A stretch of 64,000 nt of DNA from Bacteroidales bacterium. Lineage in GTDB: Bacteria; Bacteroidota; Bacteroidia; Bacteroidales; UBA10428. The notes beneath the pieces were generated by a model. That model searched no databases. It was not told where the DNA came from and saw only the letters and a program-made list of their open reading frames with translations. The position numbers and the translations under genes were made by a program. This document shows positions 60,850 to 64,000 of the stretch, piece by piece; the stretch's first letter is position 1; the number at the start of each line of letters is the position of its first letter. The stretch is from assembly GCA_016931575.1 (NCBI GenBank), contig JAFGEO010000062.1, positions 91,090 to 155,089 of the forward strand, written 5' to 3'.

Positions 60850-61449
60850 ATGATTGACGCAATACTTCAGGGAGTTGTACTGGGTTTGCTGCTGAGTGTG
60901 TTGGTTGGCATTACATTTTTTGTGCTTATGGAGGCAAGCCTCCGCTATGGTTTCGGTCCTGCTATCTCCATGAGTGCAGGCGTTGCCAGCAGCGATGCCC
61001 TGATCCTTTTCTTACTCTGGTATTTTTCTCAGGGAGTCATTAGCCATGTGGTTCATAATTCTTATTTTCACTACTCCAGTTGTGCTGTGCTGATCGGTTT
61101 CGGATTCTACTATATGTATAATTCAAGGTCAGTGCAGCTGCATGGCGACGCCTCAGGAACGAGAAGGATCCGTCTTTTCCTACAGGGCTTTACCGTTAAT
61201 CTTTTTAATCCTTCCGTAATCATCTACTGGACAGGTGCCCTGCTTGTTGCAGTAACCCAGCAGCGTTTTACCGGCAAGAAGCTGTTACTCTATTTTGGCA
61301 CTGCCCTCTTTGTGGTGCTGTTAACCGATCTGTTCAAGATCTATTTTGCAGCAAAGATCAAGCCCCTGGTAACTCAAAAGGTGCTTAAAATCATCTATTT
61401 CAGTGTTGGAATTCTTTTAGTACTGTTTGGAATTGGCATGCTTTTTTAA
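60850..61449 (+). CDS. LysE/RhtB-family amino-acid exporter
   Basis: 199 aa with about six TM segments. GxxLxLSVLVG-type N-terminus and LNPSVIIYW motif. Starts 1 nt after the GH3 stop. Confidence 0.65.
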   Translation: MIDAILQGVVLGLLLSVLVGITFFVLMEASLRYGFGPAISMSAGVASSDALILFLLWYFSQGVISHVVHNSYFHYSSCAVLIGFGFYYMYNSRSVQLHGDASGTRRIRLFLQGFTVNLFNPSVIIYWTGALLVAVTQQRFTGKKLLLYFGTALFVVLLTDLFKIYFAAKIKPLVTQKVLKIIYFSVGILLVLFGIGMLF

Positions 61450-61784
61450 GAGCTTTAATTCCTGCCTAAGCCCTCATGGCCCGGAGTCATTCAAAAATAT
61501 TTAAATACTTATCAACATAGGGATTGGAGCTGGTTTCATTTAATTCCTGTGTTTTGATACTATTTAAAAATATTGAAAATCAGTGACATAGATATTGTCT
61601 GGATGCAAATCCAACCTGCATTAACTATCCGGAAGGCTGTATTAAATATGGCTTATCGCCAGATTGCCGGAAGCAGGTTTTTCTCATTTTAAGACTAAAT
61701 TCAATACAGGAATATTGAAGGCTCCTTTTCTTAGGTGCTTCATCCTGAAAAATGTTTTTACTAATCTTTTACGAAACGAGAATA

Positions 61785-63530
61785 ATGAAATTGAGAATGT
61801 TTTTAGTCCTGATGGCTTTTGTTCATCCAACTCTTGTCATGACACAGACAAAGGAAATGCCAGGGAATGCAGGTCTTCCTGCGGAAGGCAATATTTCCGG
61901 AATAAATGTTGCTGAAAGAATTGCATCTGATATTGTGGGAAGCAAAGCTCCTCTCCCGACGTATCTGGGTTGCAACGGGGCAGTTCAGCTGGATGGTGTT
62001 AATGAGTATCTGCACACACCTTTTCACAATTATACTTTTGAATATTTTACCTTGGAATGTTGGCTTAACGCAGCTGATTATTTAAAGAATGTTCATTTTA
62101 TAAGCCTGCATCAGGGAAGTGATATTATCCTGGGAAACTGGTCAGGTGGGGATTTCAGTCTTTGGACATCCGGATTGACCCCCATTGAAAGCACCGTACC
62201 TCATAGCTTAAATACCAATGAGTGGCACCACATCGCCTACGTTTTTGATGGCAGTAACCAGATAGTATATATTGATGGTAATGAAGCAGTCAGGGTTCCA
62301 ACTACAGGGACACCCATAACGAATAGCGCCACGTTTAATGCAGGCCTGGTCATAGGCGCCCGGTATTCTACTACCCTCCAGTTTACAAACAGTGCATTCG
62401 CAGATGTTCGGATCTGGAATGTTGCACGCACCCAGGAAGAGATCAAAGAAGCAATGACAGTAGATTTAGACGGAAGCGAAGAAGGGCTGCTTGCGTACTA
62501 TACTTTTGATGAAGGCCCCGGAATCGATACCGTTGCAGACCTTACCGGAAACGGGAATACGCTGACGCTTTATAATATGGAACTGTGGGACGACCGGATC
62601 GATGCTGATATGGTCAGTCGGGATGTGGTGGAAGTATGTGAGGCGTATACCTGGATTAATGGAACCACCTATACAGATAGCGACAGTACATCCAATTACA
62701 CGATGAGTGCAGCGAATGGTTGTGACAGCCTGGTATTTTTGGATTTGACCATTCATAAGGGTGTAAGCACTACGGACATCATTGAGGCTTGCGACAGCTT
62801 TACCTGGAGCGATGGAGTTACTTATTTTGAGAGTAATAATACTGCCGTTAAAAACCTGACAACCATCTTTGGATGTGATAGTCTGGTGACACTTAACCTG
62901 ACAGTTAATCATTCTTCTTCTACTGAGGATAGTATTGTTGCCTGCAATAGTTATACCTGGATTGATGGAAATACTTATACCTCCAGCAATAAGGAGGCTA
63001 CGATGACATATTCCAGTATGATGGGTTGCGACTCCGTTATTACCTTGAATTTAACGATAAACTCGGTCTCTGACATCACCACATCAACTTCAGGTCAAAC
63101 GATTACGGTAAATAATACTAATGCCAGCTATCAGTGGCTCGATTGTGGAGATGGAAATACAGTGCTTGATGGAGAAACTGCAGCAAGCTTTACAGTTTCT
63201 GAAACAGGAAGCTTTGCTGTTGAACTTACAGAAAATGGTTGTGTCGACACCTCAGATTGTGTGGTAATTTCAGCGCTGGCGCTCGATGAGAACAGTGCTG
63301 CCGGGGTTTGGGTATATCCTAATCCCAATGAAGGACAGTTCAGCCTGAACATGGACGGTGCTGTACCGAAGGCCATCACCATTCATGATCTGAATGGTAA
63401 ACTAGTGACTTCTGTTGAACTGCAACAGGAGCCTTCTCAGTCCTTTGATCTGAACCTGGCGCCGGGGATGTACCTGATGCGTATTCAGACCGGTTCTGTT
63501 ACGAAAGAAATTAAGCTGTTAATTAAATAG
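61785..63530 (+). CDS. LamG-domain protein with three Cys-framed ~45-aa repeats and T9SS type A sorting domain
   Basis: ORF trimmed to MKLRMFLVLMAFVHPTLVMTQ. LamG-like (FTLECWLNA..WHHIAYVFDG..VRIWNVARTQEEI). Repeats CxxYTWxxGxTY...GCDSxxxLxLT occur three times. C-terminus VYPNPNEGQFSLNM..GMYLMRI. Confidence 0.75.
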   Translation: MKLRMFLVLMAFVHPTLVMTQTKEMPGNAGLPAEGNISGINVAERIASDIVGSKAPLPTYLGCNGAVQLDGVNEYLHTPFHNYTFEYFTLECWLNAADYLKNVHFISLHQGSDIILGNWSGGDFSLWTSGLTPIESTVPHSLNTNEWHHIAYVFDGSNQIVYIDGNEAVRVPTTGTPITNSATFNAGLVIGARYSTTLQFTNSAFADVRIWNVARTQEEIKEAMTVDLDGSEEGLLAYYTFDEGPGIDTVADLTGNGNTLTLYNMELWDDRIDADMVSRDVVEVCEAYTWINGTTYTDSDSTSNYTMSAANGCDSLVFLDLTIHKGVSTTDIIEACDSFTWSDGVTYFESNNTAVKNLTTIFGCDSLVTLNLTVNHSSSTEDSIVACNSYTWIDGNTYTSSNKEATMTYSSMMGCDSVITLNLTINSVSDITTSTSGQTITVNNTNASYQWLDCGDGNTVLDGETAASFTVSETGSFAVELTENGCVDTSDCVVISALALDENSAAGVWVYPNPNEGQFSLNMDGAVPKAITIHDLNGKLVTSVELQQEPSQSFDLNLAPGMYLMRIQTGSVTKEIKLLIK

Positions 63531-63552
63531 ATCCCATAGCTAAGTAGGGAAG

Positions 63553-63583
63553 ACCCGGGTTACTGAAAAGTGCCCGGGTTTTT
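63553..63583 (+). terminator. Rho-independent terminator
   Basis: ACCCGGG-13 nt loop-CCCGGGT followed by TTTTT. Confidence 0.65.
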
Positions 63584-63650
63584 AATTATCCGATACTTGT
63601 ATAGCTTGACAGAATACCGTATTTTTTCATGAGTAAGAAAATAAAAGCCT

Positions 63651-64000
63651 ATGAGATTCTACCTGTTTCTTTGCCTTATTTTAGCGCGGCCTGCTTTGCT
63701 TTCGGGCCAAAGTTCCGGCGACCTGCCAAAGCTGGAAGTTTCCGGGAACCACCGCTACCTGCAAACCGAAAATGGTGACCCCCTTTTTTGGCTGGGCGAT
63801 ACCGGCTGGCTGCTTTTCAGCAAGCTGAACCGGGAGGAAGCAGAACACTACCTGGACGATCGTGCCCGGAAAGGGTTCAACGTGATCCAGGTTATGGTTT
63901 TACACCAACTAAAGATCACGAATGTTTACGGTGATTCTGCGCTGGTCAGGGGGGATGCCTCTGCACCTGTGGTCAGCGAAGGAAATTCACCTAATGATCC
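63651..64000 (+). CDS. DUF4038/GH140-like glycoside hydrolase, 5' part (3' partial, runs off the window)
   Basis: Not in the ORF track because no stop is reached. ATG at 63651, signal peptide [20 protein letters not shown], then [39 protein letters not shown], typical of DUF4038. Confidence 0.7.
   Translation, partial: [116 protein letters not shown]

Overview
The window looks like a Bacteroidota chromosomal segment. Seven proteins carry T9SS C-terminal sorting domains, and TAnnTTTG-type promoter motifs and lipoprotein or signal-peptide N-termini are common. Most of it is housekeeping backbone: pepD, metH-metF, an acyl-CoA ligase, two tandem PPi-type phosphofructokinases, mntR-zupT, purA, fur, a RelA/SpoT homologue, two tandem ClC channels and glyA. 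Large T9SS cargo proteins are interspersed. The clear exception is an accessory island of about 8.4 kb (about 7.6-16.1 kb). It is bracketed by a direct duplication of the 3' part of tRNA-Gly(CCC) plus its downstream terminator. The island is visibly more AT-rich than its flanks and has no intact integrase, only an internally deleted IS91-type remnant. It carries nucleic-acid-targeting and defence-associated genes: an HDAC-fold deacetylase divergent from a DUF2779 Cas4-like/DnaQ-like nuclease, a Met-poor orphan ORF, a short Schlafen/AlbA_2 protein, and a translationally overlapping NYN nuclease + DprA-like (SLOG) pair behind a repeat-bearing, hairpin-rich leader. I rank the NYN-DprA-like pair and the HDAC/DUF2779 module as the best candidates for an undescribed conflict system. 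All domain calls come from reading motifs by eye; no database search was run.
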